Assembly: GCA_902773515.1 (NCBI GenBank)
Contig: CACYET010000001.1
Span: 1-44,219, forward strand
Direction: 5' to 3'
Length of the DNA stretch: 44,219 nt
Origin: an uncultured Eubacteriales bacterium
Lineage (GTDB): Bacteria > Bacillota > Clostridia > Christensenellales > Aristaeellaceae
Shown here: piece by piece, positions 1 to 8,360 of the stretch
How positions within the stretch are numbered: position 1 is the stretch's first letter
Layout: every line of letters begins with the position of its first letter
Notes under the pieces: model-generated
The model's database searches: none
Told to the model about the DNA's origin: nothing
The model's input: only the letters and a program-made list of their open reading frames with translations
Program-made: the position numbers and the translations under genes

Positions 1-118
1 GCCTGCTCGCCCGGCTCCGGCACGGCGTTTGCCGCCGCCTCGACCGCGGCCTGCTCGCCCGCCTCCGGCACGGCGTTTGCCGCCGCCTCGACCGCGGCCT
101 GCTCGCCCGCCTCCGGCA
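1..118. repeat. 48-bp tandem repeat (about 2.4 copies) encoding a 16-aa acidic repeat
   Basis: 1-48 and 49-96 are near-identical (gcctgctcgcccg[g/c]ctccggcacggcgtttgccgccgcctcgaccgcg). A third copy diverges after about 22 nt. Confidence 0.85.
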
Positions 119-204
119 GCTCGCCCTCCGCCAGCGCCGCCAGGCTGCTCAGCATCATGATCAGCGCCATCCACAGCGCCAGCAGCTTCTTCGTTCTCTT
201 CATG
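1..204 (-). CDS. Secreted acidic repeat protein, 5' part only (runs off the window); apparent frameshift between the signal-peptide n-region and h-region
   Basis: Minus-strand ATG at 204-202 follows GGAAAGGGG and a TTGACA-18-TAATAT promoter (279-250) and encodes MKRTKKLL. The frame with coding-like GC3 is +1 relative to it: from the ATG at 170-168 it reads MALIMMLSSLAALAEGELPEAGEQAAVEAAANAVPEAGEQAAVEAAANAVPEPGEQ. The two frames meet at the GGG run near 178-180. Confidence 0.45.
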
Positions 205-325
205 GGTATGCCCCTTTCCCGCGCCGCGCGGACATAATATGTTACATTAATATTACTCCTTTTCTTACCATTTTGTCAACGTGTTCATAACACGAAATTC
301 AAGCTTTTTTGTGATATTAGACAGT

Positions 326-715
326 CCAAAAGCCTTCCCCTGTGGGGAAGGTGGCCGAACGAAGTGATGTCGGATGAGGTCCCCTTGCCTTCCCCTTTGG
401 GGAAGGTGCTGAGCGAAGCGAAGCGGATGAGGTCGACATGGTAAAGCGATGCGATAGTGCGCTGACCGACCTCATCCGGCGCTGACGCGCCACCTTCCCC
501 AAAGGGGAAGGCTTTTGGGTTACTGCGTGGACGCTGAATGTAGGGGCGGCAATGCGCCGCCCGCCTGAATCCGGTTGCTGCATCTGCAATACTGCGCGGC
601 AGCAATTGGAACCCGGCACCGCCGGGGGGCGGGCGGCGCATCGCCGCCCCTACGGGGAACGACCTCTCCCGCCTCACTTCGTTCGGCACCCTCCCCTAAA
701 GGGGAGGGCTTTTGG
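326..715. repeat. Nested composite of palindromic intergenic elements (family A 'CCTTCCCC-N3-4-GGGGAAGG' units plus GTAGGGGCGGC units)
   Basis: Units at 326-381 (forward), 384-434 (forward), 468-518 (inverted), 540-566 and 628-653 (inverted pair of gtaggggcggcaatgcgccgcc), and 661-715 (inverted copy of the first unit). Confidence 0.85.
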
Positions 716-800
716 GCGGGCGGCGCTACTTGCAAGCGCAACATTCGCATGCTACAATAGAAGGCGGAATAGGAACCAATATCCGCCGAGGAGCGATTTT

Positions 801-1673
801 ATGGACGATACCCGGAAGCGCGCGGGCTGGGACACGGTGATCCGGCCGCGCAAGGGCTGGTTTGACATCGACTTCAAGGGCCTGGTGCGCTATCGCGACC
901 TGATCCTGCTGATGGTGAAGCGCAATTTCACCGTGCTCTACAAGCAGACCATACTGGGCCCCGCCTGGGTGGTGATCCAGCCGCTTTTGACCACGCTGGT
1001 GTTCACGGTGGTGTTCGGCAACCTGGCCGGGCTGCCCACCGACGGCGTGCCGAAGTTCTTGTTCTACATGGCCGGCAACATCATGTGGCACTTCTTCGCC
1101 CAGTGCCTGACCGTGACCAGCGAGACCTTCACCAAGAACAGCAAGCTGTTCGGGAAGGTGTACTTCCCGCGGCTGGTGATGCCGTTCGCGACGGTGCTGA
1201 CCGAGATGATCAACTTCGCGGTGCAGTTTGCGCTGTTCATCGTGTTCGTGGCCATCTACGCCGCCAAGCCCGACAGCGGCGTGCACCCCAACTGGCAGCT
1301 GATATTGCTCACGCCGCTGATGCTGTTGCAGCTGGGCGTGCTGGGGCTGGGCTTTGGCATCATCATCTCCGCGCTGACCACGAAATACCGCGACCTTGCG
1401 ATGCTGGTGTCCTTCGGCGTGCACCTGTGGATGTACGGCACGCCCGTCACCTACTCCACCAGCATGATCGCCGACAAGTTCCCCCAGCTGCTGGGCGTCT
1501 ACATGCTCAACCCCATCACGCCCATCATCGAGCTGTTCCGCGCCGCCTATTTGGGCGTGCCCCGCTATTCCTACGGGTATAATTTGCTGAGCGTGGGCGT
1601 GACGGCGTTCGTGTTCCTCCTCGGCGTGGTGCTGTTCTCCAGGACCGAGAAGACGTTTATGGATACGGTGTGA
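801..1673 (+). CDS. ABC-2 type transporter permease (TagG/Wzm-like glycopolymer exporter)
   Basis: ATG at 801 after GAGGAG (789-794). The product starts MDDTRKRAGW...FKGLVRYRDLILLMVKRNFTVLYKQTILGPAWVVIQPLL, has 6 predicted TM helices and shows the typical ABC-2 signature. The ORF-track extension 552-800 lies in repeat DNA. Confidence 0.9.
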   Translation: MDDTRKRAGWDTVIRPRKGWFDIDFKGLVRYRDLILLMVKRNFTVLYKQTILGPAWVVIQPLLTTLVFTVVFGNLAGLPTDGVPKFLFYMAGNIMWHFFAQCLTVTSETFTKNSKLFGKVYFPRLVMPFATVLTEMINFAVQFALFIVFVAIYAAKPDSGVHPNWQLILLTPLMLLQLGVLGLGFGIIISALTTKYRDLAMLVSFGVHLWMYGTPVTYSTSMIADKFPQLLGVYMLNPITPIIELFRAAYLGVPRYSYGYNLLSVGVTAFVFLLGVVLFSRTEKTFMDTV

Positions 1674-1708
1674 TTCCGCTTCATCGTGGCGTCGCCGGAT
1701 GCCGAAAG

Positions 1709-1820
1709 GTACAGATCCTTCGACTTCGCTGCCGCTTCGCTCAGGATGACAGACAACGCGATACGGTGTCATTCTGAGCGGAGTGTCGCCGAAGGCGAAA
1801 CGCAGTCGAAGAATCTGTAG
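1709..1820. repeat. Family B palindromic element (GATCCTTCG...CTCAGGATGACA / TGTCATCCTGAG...CGAAGGATC)
   Basis: Inverted arms gtacagatccttcg...ctcaggatgaca and tgtcattctgagcg...cgaagaatctgta. It sits between the permease and ATPase genes. Confidence 0.85.
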
Positions 1821-1878
1821 GCTGAAATGATCCGCCACATAGCGATAGAACGGATACTTCTTGCAGAAAGGAATCAAT

Positions 1879-3138
1879 ATGTCAGAACGAGTACTCGAAG
1901 TCGACGGCGTCTCCAAGCAGTACCGGCTGGGCATGATCGGCGGCGGCACGCTGCACGACGACCTGAACAGCTGGTTCGCCCGCGTGCGCGGCAAGGAGGA
2001 CCCGAACGTGAAGATCGGCAAGGAACACCTCGCCGTCAACCAGAAGTTCTGGGCCCTGAAGGACGTGTCCTTCAACGTCGACCGCGGCGACGCCGTGGCC
2101 CTGCTGGGCCGCAACGGCGCGGGCAAGAGCACCATGCTCAAGCTCATCAGCCGCATCACCGCGCCCACCGAGGGCGAGATCCGCATCCGCGGCCGCGTGG
2201 CCAGTTTGCTGGAGATCGGCACCGGCTTTCACCCGGAACTCAGCGGCCGCGACAACATCTACCTCAACGGCGCGATTTTGGGCATGAACCGCGCGGAAAC
2301 CACGCGCAAGCTGAAGGAGATCATGGAGTTTTCCGAGATCGAGCCCTTCATCGACACGCCCGTGAAGCGCTACTCCAGCGGCATGTACGTCAAACTCGCC
2401 TTCGCCGTGGCCGCGCATTTGGACCCGGACGTGATGATCTGCGACGAGGTGCTGGCCGTGGGCGATCTGGCGTTCCAGCAGAAGTGCCTGACGAAGATGA
2501 GCGAGATCGCCCGCAGCGGCCGCGCCGTGCTCTATGTCAGCCACAATATGCGCACCGTCAGCCAGCTTTGCAACCGCGGGCTGTACCTCGACGGTGGCCA
2601 TTTGACCTACGACGGCACCGTGGAGCGCGCGATGGAGCTCTACGGCGGCTCGAGCGCCCGCAGCGTGCAGCGCAACCTGGACGAGGTGCCCCGCACGAAG
2701 GATCGCGGCGACACGATGCGCATGCTGTCGATCCAGTTTGAAAACACGCAGGCGCTGGAATACGAGATGGATTCGTCGATGCAGTTCACGCTCACCTGCG
2801 TCTCCCACATCGCCGAGCCCCGGCTGCGCCTGCGGCTGATATTGCAGAACAGCATCGCCACGCCCATCGCCATGACGCAGACGGAGCCGTTCGAGGTGGC
2901 CGCCGAGGAAACCTTCACGCGCAGGATCAAATTCCCGCTGGACGGCGTCGCCCCCGGAGAGTACATCATCAAGCTGTCGCTCGTGTCCGGCACGCCCCGC
3001 GGCCGCACGAACTACTATGACACCATCGTGGACGTCAGCCGCTTCGTGATCGTGGACGACCCCGCCGTCAATTCCGGCTTCATCTGGTCCGAGCGGCTCT
3101 GGGGCAACGAGCGATTGAAGCCGCTGGAGATGGAGTAA
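1879..3138 (+). CDS. ABC transporter ATP-binding protein (TagH/Wzt-like) with a C-terminal extra (putative glycan-binding) domain
   Basis: ATG at 1879 after AAAGGA. Walker A GRNGAGKST, signature YSSGM, Walker B VMICDEVLAVGD. About 170 further aa follow the ATPase core. Confidence 0.9.
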   Translation: MSERVLEVDGVSKQYRLGMIGGGTLHDDLNSWFARVRGKEDPNVKIGKEHLAVNQKFWALKDVSFNVDRGDAVALLGRNGAGKSTMLKLISRITAPTEGEIRIRGRVASLLEIGTGFHPELSGRDNIYLNGAILGMNRAETTRKLKEIMEFSEIEPFIDTPVKRYSSGMYVKLAFAVAAHLDPDVMICDEVLAVGDLAFQQKCLTKMSEIARSGRAVLYVSHNMRTVSQLCNRGLYLDGGHLTYDGTVERAMELYGGSSARSVQRNLDEVPRTKDRGDTMRMLSIQFENTQALEYEMDSSMQFTLTCVSHIAEPRLRLRLILQNSIATPIAMTQTEPFEVAAEETFTRRIKFPLDGVAPGEYIIKLSLVSGTPRGRTNYYDTIVDVSRFVIVDDPAVNSGFIWSERLWGNERLKPLEME

Positions 3139-3139
3139 A

Positions 3140-3290
3140 CCAAAGCCCTCCCCTTCAGGGGAGGGTGCCTGCGAAGCAGGCGGGAGAGGTCGCCTCCGCA
3201 AACAAGGCGCCGATCGACAGGTTTGCGCCGGGAAACGACCTCTTCAGTCATGCTGCGCATGACAGCTTCCCCTGAAGGGGAAGCCTTTTG
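3140..3290. repeat. Family A palindromic element
   Basis: Left arm 3140-3191 (ccaaagccctccccttcaggggagggtg...gagaggtc); inverted right arm 3237-3290 (gacctct...cttcccctgaaggggaagccttttg). Confidence 0.8.
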
Positions 3291-3331
3291 CTGCCCGTTC
3301 AAACCACCTGACGATATGAAAGGAGCCTCCC

Positions 3332-4564
3332 ATGATCGCAGAGATTCTCTCCGTGGGAACGGAGCTGTTGATGGGCCAGATCGCCAACACCGACGCGCAG
3401 TACGTCTCGCGGCGGCTGGCCGAGCTGGGCGTCGCCCTCTACCGCCACACCGCCGTGGGCGACAACCCCGCGCGCGTGAAGGAGGCGCTCGGCGAGGCGC
3501 TCTCCCGCGCCGACATCGTCATCACCACCGGCGGCCTCGGTCCCACCGAGGACGACCTGACCAAGGAGATGGTGGCGGAGTACTTCGGCCTGGAGATGCA
3601 GCTGCATCGGCCCAGCCTGGAGGCCATCGAGGCGTTCATGGCCCGCGTCGGGCACCCGATGGGCGAAAACAACCGCAAGCAGGCCTACTTCCCCGTCGGC
3701 GCGCTGATCCTGCCCAACGCCTGCGGCACCGCGCCGGGCTGCGTGGTGGAGGCGCAGGGCAAGGCCGTGGCCGTGCTGCCGGGGCCGCCGCACGAATTGA
3801 AGGACATGTTTGAAAAGCAGCTGGCCCCGTGGCTGGCCCGGCGCAGCGGCGCGCACATCGAGTCGCGCTTTCTGCGCGTGTTCGGCATCGGGGAATCGCG
3901 GCTGGAGACGATGCTGAAGGACCTGTTCCACACCGACAACCCCACGCTGGCGCTGTACTGCGGCCCCGGCGAGGTGCAGGCGCGCGTCAGCGCCCTCGCC
4001 AAGGACGCCGACGCCGCGCGGGCGATGATCGCGCCGCTGGAGGCGGAGATCCGCCGCCGCCTGGGCGACGCCGTCTACGGCGAGGGCGCGGACTGCTCCA
4101 TCGAAAAGACGGCCTTCACCCTGCTGAAATCGCGGGGCGAGACCGTCACGTTCGCCGAGAGCTGCACCGGCGGGCTGCTGGCGGCGCGGCTGGTGGGCGT
4201 GCCCGGGGCCAGCGAGGTGCTCGGGGAGAGCCACGTCACCTACGCCGACGCCGCGAAGGCGCGGGTGCTGGGCGTGAAACCCGAGACGCTCGAAAGATAT
4301 ACCGCCGTGAGCGCCGAGTGCGCCCGGGAGATGGCCGAGGGCGCGCGGCGCATCAGCGGCGCGGACTGGGCCGTGTCCACCACCGGCTACGCCGGCCCGG
4401 ACGGCGGCGCGGACGGCACGCCCGTGGGCACGGTGTTCATCGCCGTCGCCGGGAAACACGGCACGCAGGTGAAGGAGTGCCACTTCCGCGGCCAGCGCGC
4501 GTTCATCCGCACCCTCGCCGCGTCGTGGGGGTTCAATATGCTACGGCTGGAGATGGAAAAATAA
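3332..4564 (+). CDS. cinA: Competence/damage-inducible protein CinA (MoCF-binding domain plus nicotinamide-nucleotide amidase domain)
   Basis: MIAEILSVGTELLMGQIANTDAQYVSRRL...; C-terminal PncC-like block FAESCTGGLLAARL...STTGYAGP. Confidence 0.92.
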   Translation: MIAEILSVGTELLMGQIANTDAQYVSRRLAELGVALYRHTAVGDNPARVKEALGEALSRADIVITTGGLGPTEDDLTKEMVAEYFGLEMQLHRPSLEAIEAFMARVGHPMGENNRKQAYFPVGALILPNACGTAPGCVVEAQGKAVAVLPGPPHELKDMFEKQLAPWLARRSGAHIESRFLRVFGIGESRLETMLKDLFHTDNPTLALYCGPGEVQARVSALAKDADAARAMIAPLEAEIRRRLGDAVYGEGADCSIEKTAFTLLKSRGETVTFAESCTGGLLAARLVGVPGASEVLGESHVTYADAAKARVLGVKPETLERYTAVSAECAREMAEGARRISGADWAVSTTGYAGPDGGADGTPVGTVFIAVAGKHGTQVKECHFRGQRAFIRTLAASWGFNMLRLEMEK

Positions 4565-4566
4565 AA

Positions 4567-4591
4567 ACGGGGCGGCGTTGCGCCGCCCCGT
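4567..4591. terminator. Bidirectional rho-independent terminator between convergent cinA and the CPBP gene
   Basis: acggggcggcg-ttg-cgccgccccgt stem-loop flanked by an A-run (4562-4566) and a T-run (4591-4596). Confidence 0.8.
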
Positions 4592-4593
4592 TT

Positions 4594-5304
4594 TTATTCC
4601 TCCAGCGCCGTCTCCTGCCGGCTCAAATACACGCAGTACACCGCCGCCACGGCGATCGTCGCGACCATGTACACGGTGTCCGCCGCCATGCTGTCGGTGC
4701 CAAACATGCTCGCGGCGTCCACCAGTCCGTGCACGATCACGCACGGCCAGAGGCTGCCGCCCTTCATATAGGCAAAAGTGAATATGAAACCCCAGGCCAC
4801 GGCGAAGCACACCTGCAGGAGCGTCTCCAGGCTCGCCTGGCCCGCCAGCATGTTCACGATGTGGCCCATGCCGAACGTCACCGCGGAGATGATGATCGCG
4901 GGCGTCGGGCCGTCCTTCTTCAGCAGCGCCCGGAACAAAAAGCCGCGGAACAGCAGCTCCTCCACGTAGCCGACCAGCAGCATCGACAGCACCGCGCACA
5001 CCTGCGCCATGCCTGAATAGCGCACGCCGAGGCCGCCCCACAGGTTGCCCGTCGCCAGCACCCACATCGGGATGAACCACCAGCAGCGCCGCGAATCCTT
5101 TGCCCAGCCCGTCAGGCCGTACTTGCCCGCCAGTTTGTAGCGCAGCACGAACGCCGTCGCGCCCGCCGCGATCGCCGCCAGCGCGAGCAGCATCCACGGG
5201 CTCTCGTCGCCCAGATTGCCGCGGATCGGGATCGTCAGCACGCAATACGCGACGATCCACAGCACCGCGAACAGGATCGGCTTGTTGTCATACAGCTTCT
5301 TCAT
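4594..5304 (-). CDS. CPBP family intramembrane glutamic endopeptidase (CAAX protease/Abi-like)
   Basis: Start MKKLYDNKPILFAVLW at 5304. Motifs EELLFRG and FGMGH...H; multi-pass membrane protein. The start overlaps the padR stop (ATGA). Confidence 0.88.
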   Translation of the reverse strand: MKKLYDNKPILFAVLWIVAYCVLTIPIRGNLGDESPWMLLALAAIAAGATAFVLRYKLAGKYGLTGWAKDSRRCWWFIPMWVLATGNLWGGLGVRYSGMAQVCAVLSMLLVGYVEELLFRGFLFRALLKKDGPTPAIIISAVTFGMGHIVNMLAGQASLETLLQVCFAVAWGFIFTFAYMKGGSLWPCVIVHGLVDAASMFGTDSMAADTVYMVATIAVAAVYCVYLSRQETALEE

Positions 5305-5864
5305 TCTGATCTCTCCCCTTCTCTTTCCGCGTTTTCCAGCATTTCGACGCAACGCGCGCACCAGTCGCGCACCATGCGCTCGTACATCACGCCGTATTCC
5401 GCCGTCATGCGCCAGTACAGCGCCTTCGCCGGGTCGTCCGCCTGGGCGCCGTAGTCCGCCGCGCTGCGCATCACCGCATCGCTCTCGCCCGTGAACTCGG
5501 ACGCCTGGGCCTCGATGGCCTTGAAGAACGCCCGGTTTTCCTCGACGCCGCACTCGCCCCGAAAGAACGTCTTTAACAGCAGCGGGCTGCGCTCGTACTT
5601 GGGCAGGTTGTCCGCCCGCAGCCAGCGCATCAGTTCCTCCCGGCCCGCGGGCGTGATGGAAAACACGTTCTTGTCCGGCCGCCCGGACTGCTCCACGCGC
5701 GTCACCCGCACCCAGCCCTCGCCCTCCAGCGTCCGCAGCTCCCGGTAGATCTGGCTGGTCTGCACGGGCCAGAAATACCGGAGCGAATCCCGGAACACCC
5801 GCATCAGCTCGTAGCCCGTCGTGTCGCCGTAGCTCACCAGCCCCAGTATCCCGTGTTTGAGCAT
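5301..5864 (-). CDS. PadR family transcriptional regulator
   Basis: MLKHGILGLVSYGDTTGYELMRVFRDSLRYFWPVQTSQIYRELRTLEGEGWV is a winged-helix PadR signature. RBS GAGGGGAGGG lies upstream. Confidence 0.9.
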   Translation of the reverse strand: MLKHGILGLVSYGDTTGYELMRVFRDSLRYFWPVQTSQIYRELRTLEGEGWVRVTRVEQSGRPDKNVFSITPAGREELMRWLRADNLPKYERSPLLLKTFFRGECGVEENRAFFKAIEAQASEFTGESDAVMRSAADYGAQADDPAKALYWRMTAEYGVMYERMVRDWCARCVEMLENAEREGERSE

Positions 5865-5885
5865 GCCGTCCCCTCCCCTCATCTG

Positions 5886-5927
5886 CCACTTGTGCACCAT
5901 TATAATTCCACAAGTGGAATATGTCAA
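5886..5927 (-). promoter_or_regulatory. padR promoter with embedded palindromic operator
   Basis: Minus sense: TTGACA (5927-5922), 17-nt spacer ATTCCACTTGTGGAAT (perfect palindrome), TATAAT (5904-5899). A further half-site CACAAGTGG lies at 5894-5886. Confidence 0.6.
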
Positions 5928-6095
5928 GTCCAAAAAGCGCACCGCCGGTAAAGAGCGCCACAATAATGTCCCCCGAACGACCACTGCGATGTCAACTTTA
6001 TACATCTATGAGTGACCAATGAAGATCAGCGCCTCTGGGTCAATAAGGTTCAGAAGCATATTTGTAAGAACGGAATGAAACAATAACGCAAGGCC

Positions 6096-6143
6096 TTGAC
6101 AAGTGACCTTTCGTTCACTATAATAGGTGAACGAAAGGTCACC
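6096..6143 (+). promoter_or_regulatory. Consensus sigma-A promoter overlapped by a 16-bp perfect inverted repeat (putative TetR operator)
   Basis: TTGACA 6096-6101, 17-nt spacer, TATAAT 6119-6124. GTGACCTTTCGTTCAC (6103-6118) is the exact reverse complement of GTGAACGAAAGGTCAC (6128-6143). Confidence 0.75.
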
Positions 6144-6164
6144 ATTCTATGTATGGAGGTTGCT

Positions 6165-6761
6165 ATGGCGAACGGCACAAAAGAGAGAATACTTGCCGCT
6201 GCACTGGAGATGTTTTCACAAAACGGCTATGCAGGGACAAACATTCGGGAACTGAGCGCATCTCTCGGGCTTGTGAAGTCCGGGGTCTATAAACATTTTG
6301 AGAGCAAAGAAGCGATTTGGAACGCACTGCTGGATCAGATGATTACCTATTATGCGGACCACTTTGGGTCGGCAGAACATCTGCCGACTGTACCGGATTC
6401 GCTGGAAGGGCTTGTCACGATGACCATGCAGATGGTGTACTTCACTGTGCATGATGAAAAAGTGATCATGACGCGCAAGGTGTTGACGCTTGAGCAGTTC
6501 CGGGACGCACGTGCGCGGGAATTGGCAACAAAGCACTTTCTCACAGGGCTTACAGACATATTCACACGGATATTTACAAGTATGATGGATAAGGGTCTGC
6601 TTCGGAAGGATAATCCTGAAATGCTCGCATTTGCCTATACTGCGCCGATCTCTGCGCTGATCCATATGTGCGACCGTGAGCCGGAAAAAACAGAAGAAGC
6701 GATCAGGCAGGCAGAGGCCTTTAGTCGGCATTTTATCCGGGTTTACGGGCAGGAGGACTGA
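6165..6761 (+). CDS. TetR/AcrR family transcriptional regulator
   Basis: ATG 6165 after GGAGGT. MANGTKERILAAALEMFSQNGYAGTNIRELSASLGLVKSGVYKHFESKEAIW is a TetR HTH. Confidence 0.9.
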   Translation: MANGTKERILAAALEMFSQNGYAGTNIRELSASLGLVKSGVYKHFESKEAIWNALLDQMITYYADHFGSAEHLPTVPDSLEGLVTMTMQMVYFTVHDEKVIMTRKVLTLEQFRDARARELATKHFLTGLTDIFTRIFTSMMDKGLLRKDNPEMLAFAYTAPISALIHMCDREPEKTEEAIRQAEAFSRHFIRVYGQED

Positions 6762-6818
6762 TTAGACCGCCCAGTCAGGCATGGGGTATTGCCTGCCGCG
6801 AGAAGGGGATGACAACGA

Positions 6819-8360
6819 ATGGTTTTGGAAACAAAAAGACTGTTGCTTCGGGAAATGAACCCTGAGGACTACGAGGCGCTGTTCCGGGTGCTTGGCGATC
6901 CGGAAACGATGTGGCATTATCCCTACACTTTCGATGGGCAGCATGTCAGGGATTGGATCGAACGGAACATAAAGCGTTATCGAAAGGACGGCTTCGGGCT
7001 GTGGGCGGTCTGCTTAAGGGACACCGGTGAGATGATCGGCGACTGCGGGCTGACGCTGCAGAATATCAACGGGGAAATCCTGCCCGAAATCGGCTATCAC
7101 ATCCGCCGCGATTGCCAGCGGAAGGGTTATGCCCGTGAAGCCGCAATGGCTGTGCGCAACTGGGCTTTTCAGAATACCGACTATCCGGCGTTGTATTCGT
7201 ACTGCAAGTACACCAATATACCGTCGATCAAGACGGCGGAATCCATCGGCATGGGCTTTGACCGCGAATACCCGGACGAAGTCAACGGAACCACCCATGT
7301 CTCGGTCATTCGCAGGGAGGATTTGATTGAGAACATGATCCACTGGGCCGAGGCCAGGCTCGGCAGCACGAAATATGTGGGCTGGTGCCTGTCCTTCATC
7401 GAGGACGCGCTGGAAAAGAGCAATGAAATCGAGGTTTTCGGTGGGGACAGCGCGAAGGAGTCTGCTTTGCTCTATGCTGACGGAATGCGTCAGGGCATGC
7501 CGGAGCGAGGCGCGTTTGTCTTCTATGATTGCATCTGTCAGGGCTCGGACGGTCCGGCCAACTGGGGTCACTGTGGCATCAGCCTTGGGGACGGCAAGAT
7601 CATCCATGCCTGGGATACGGTGCGAATCGACGATTACCGGGAGATCGAAGCCATGACAGCGCTCTCCGGGAATCATCCGCAATACATTGGATGGGTGCCA
7701 GTGGATCGGGTATTGATGCAGAACGAGGAGGATTGTGTGACCAGCTATGACTTAAAAATCCCGGAAATGCTTGCCAACTACACGGACAAGGGCTGTGAAG
7801 TCAAGGACCTTGCCATCTATATGGGAATGAATTATCAATACAAGAGATTGGACAAACACAATTTCACTAGTCATTCATTGGATGAATTTGTCCGCCACCA
7901 GACTGTTGCAGAATGTTGGAGAAAGATAGACAACGATTGGAATCTTGTGCCGAATGTCTATGAAGAAAACTGGTCGCAGATGCAGTGCCGGGAAATTGCA
8001 GAAGACGTGGTGCATCATATAAACCTTGACCAGACTGGCTTTGGCGCCTTCGATGGCGAGCGGATCATTGGGTTTGCGACCGTCTCCCATCGTATGTTCG
8101 GAGCTGCGGCAAGATATGTGCAGCTGGTTTGTCTTCAGATATCAGAGGAATACAGGCGTCAGGGCATCGGCAGGAAGCTCTTTTCTATGGCTTGTGAAGA
8201 GGCTCGGCGGCTGGGTGGAGACAAACTGTATATTTCGGCTCATTCCTCAAAAGAGTCACAGGCGGCCTACCGGGCACTTGGATGCAGTTACGCAGAAGAA
8301 ATCAATGAGGAACTGGCCGCAGCGGAGCCCTTTGATGTCCAAATGGAATACAGATTATAA
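6819..8360 (+). CDS. Three-domain protein: RimJ/RimL-type GNAT, then an NlpC/P60-like cysteine peptidase/amidase fold, then a second GNAT
   Basis: aa 1-170: MVLETKRLLLREM...GLWAV...IGYHIRRDCQRKGYAREA. aa ~175-300: GWCLSFIE (Cys)...WGHCGISLGDGKIIHA (His). aa ~400-513: VQLVCLQISEEYRRQGIGRKLF. No signal peptide. Confidence 0.8.
   Translation: MVLETKRLLLREMNPEDYEALFRVLGDPETMWHYPYTFDGQHVRDWIERNIKRYRKDGFGLWAVCLRDTGEMIGDCGLTLQNINGEILPEIGYHIRRDCQRKGYAREAAMAVRNWAFQNTDYPALYSYCKYTNIPSIKTAESIGMGFDREYPDEVNGTTHVSVIRREDLIENMIHWAEARLGSTKYVGWCLSFIEDALEKSNEIEVFGGDSAKESALLYADGMRQGMPERGAFVFYDCICQGSDGPANWGHCGISLGDGKIIHAWDTVRIDDYREIEAMTALSGNHPQYIGWVPVDRVLMQNEEDCVTSYDLKIPEMLANYTDKGCEVKDLAIYMGMNYQYKRLDKHNFTSHSLDEFVRHQTVAECWRKIDNDWNLVPNVYEENWSQMQCREIAEDVVHHINLDQTGFGAFDGERIIGFATVSHRMFGAAARYVQLVCLQISEEYRRQGIGRKLFSMACEEARRLGGDKLYISAHSSKESQAAYRALGCSYAEEINEELAAAEPFDVQMEYRL

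Noticed and set aside
285-760. Several 60-134-aa ORFs (285..689, 317..619, 520..750, 575..760)
   Set aside because: They are translations of the nested palindromic repeats. The same peptide-like strings (PSPLGKV..., ATFPKGEGF...) recur wherever the repeat occurs, in both orientations.
552-800. N-terminal 83-aa extension of the permease ORF in the track
   Set aside because: The extension lies wholly in repeat DNA and has no RBS. The ATG at 801 has GAGGAG upstream and gives a normal-length ABC-2 permease.
726-2222. 498-aa minus-strand ORF antisense to the ABC-2 permease and ATPase genes
   Set aside because: This is a shadow ORF typical of high-GC DNA. The product is Arg/Ala/His/Gly/Pro-rich low complexity with no motifs and no RBS, and it overlaps two well-supported genes on the other strand.
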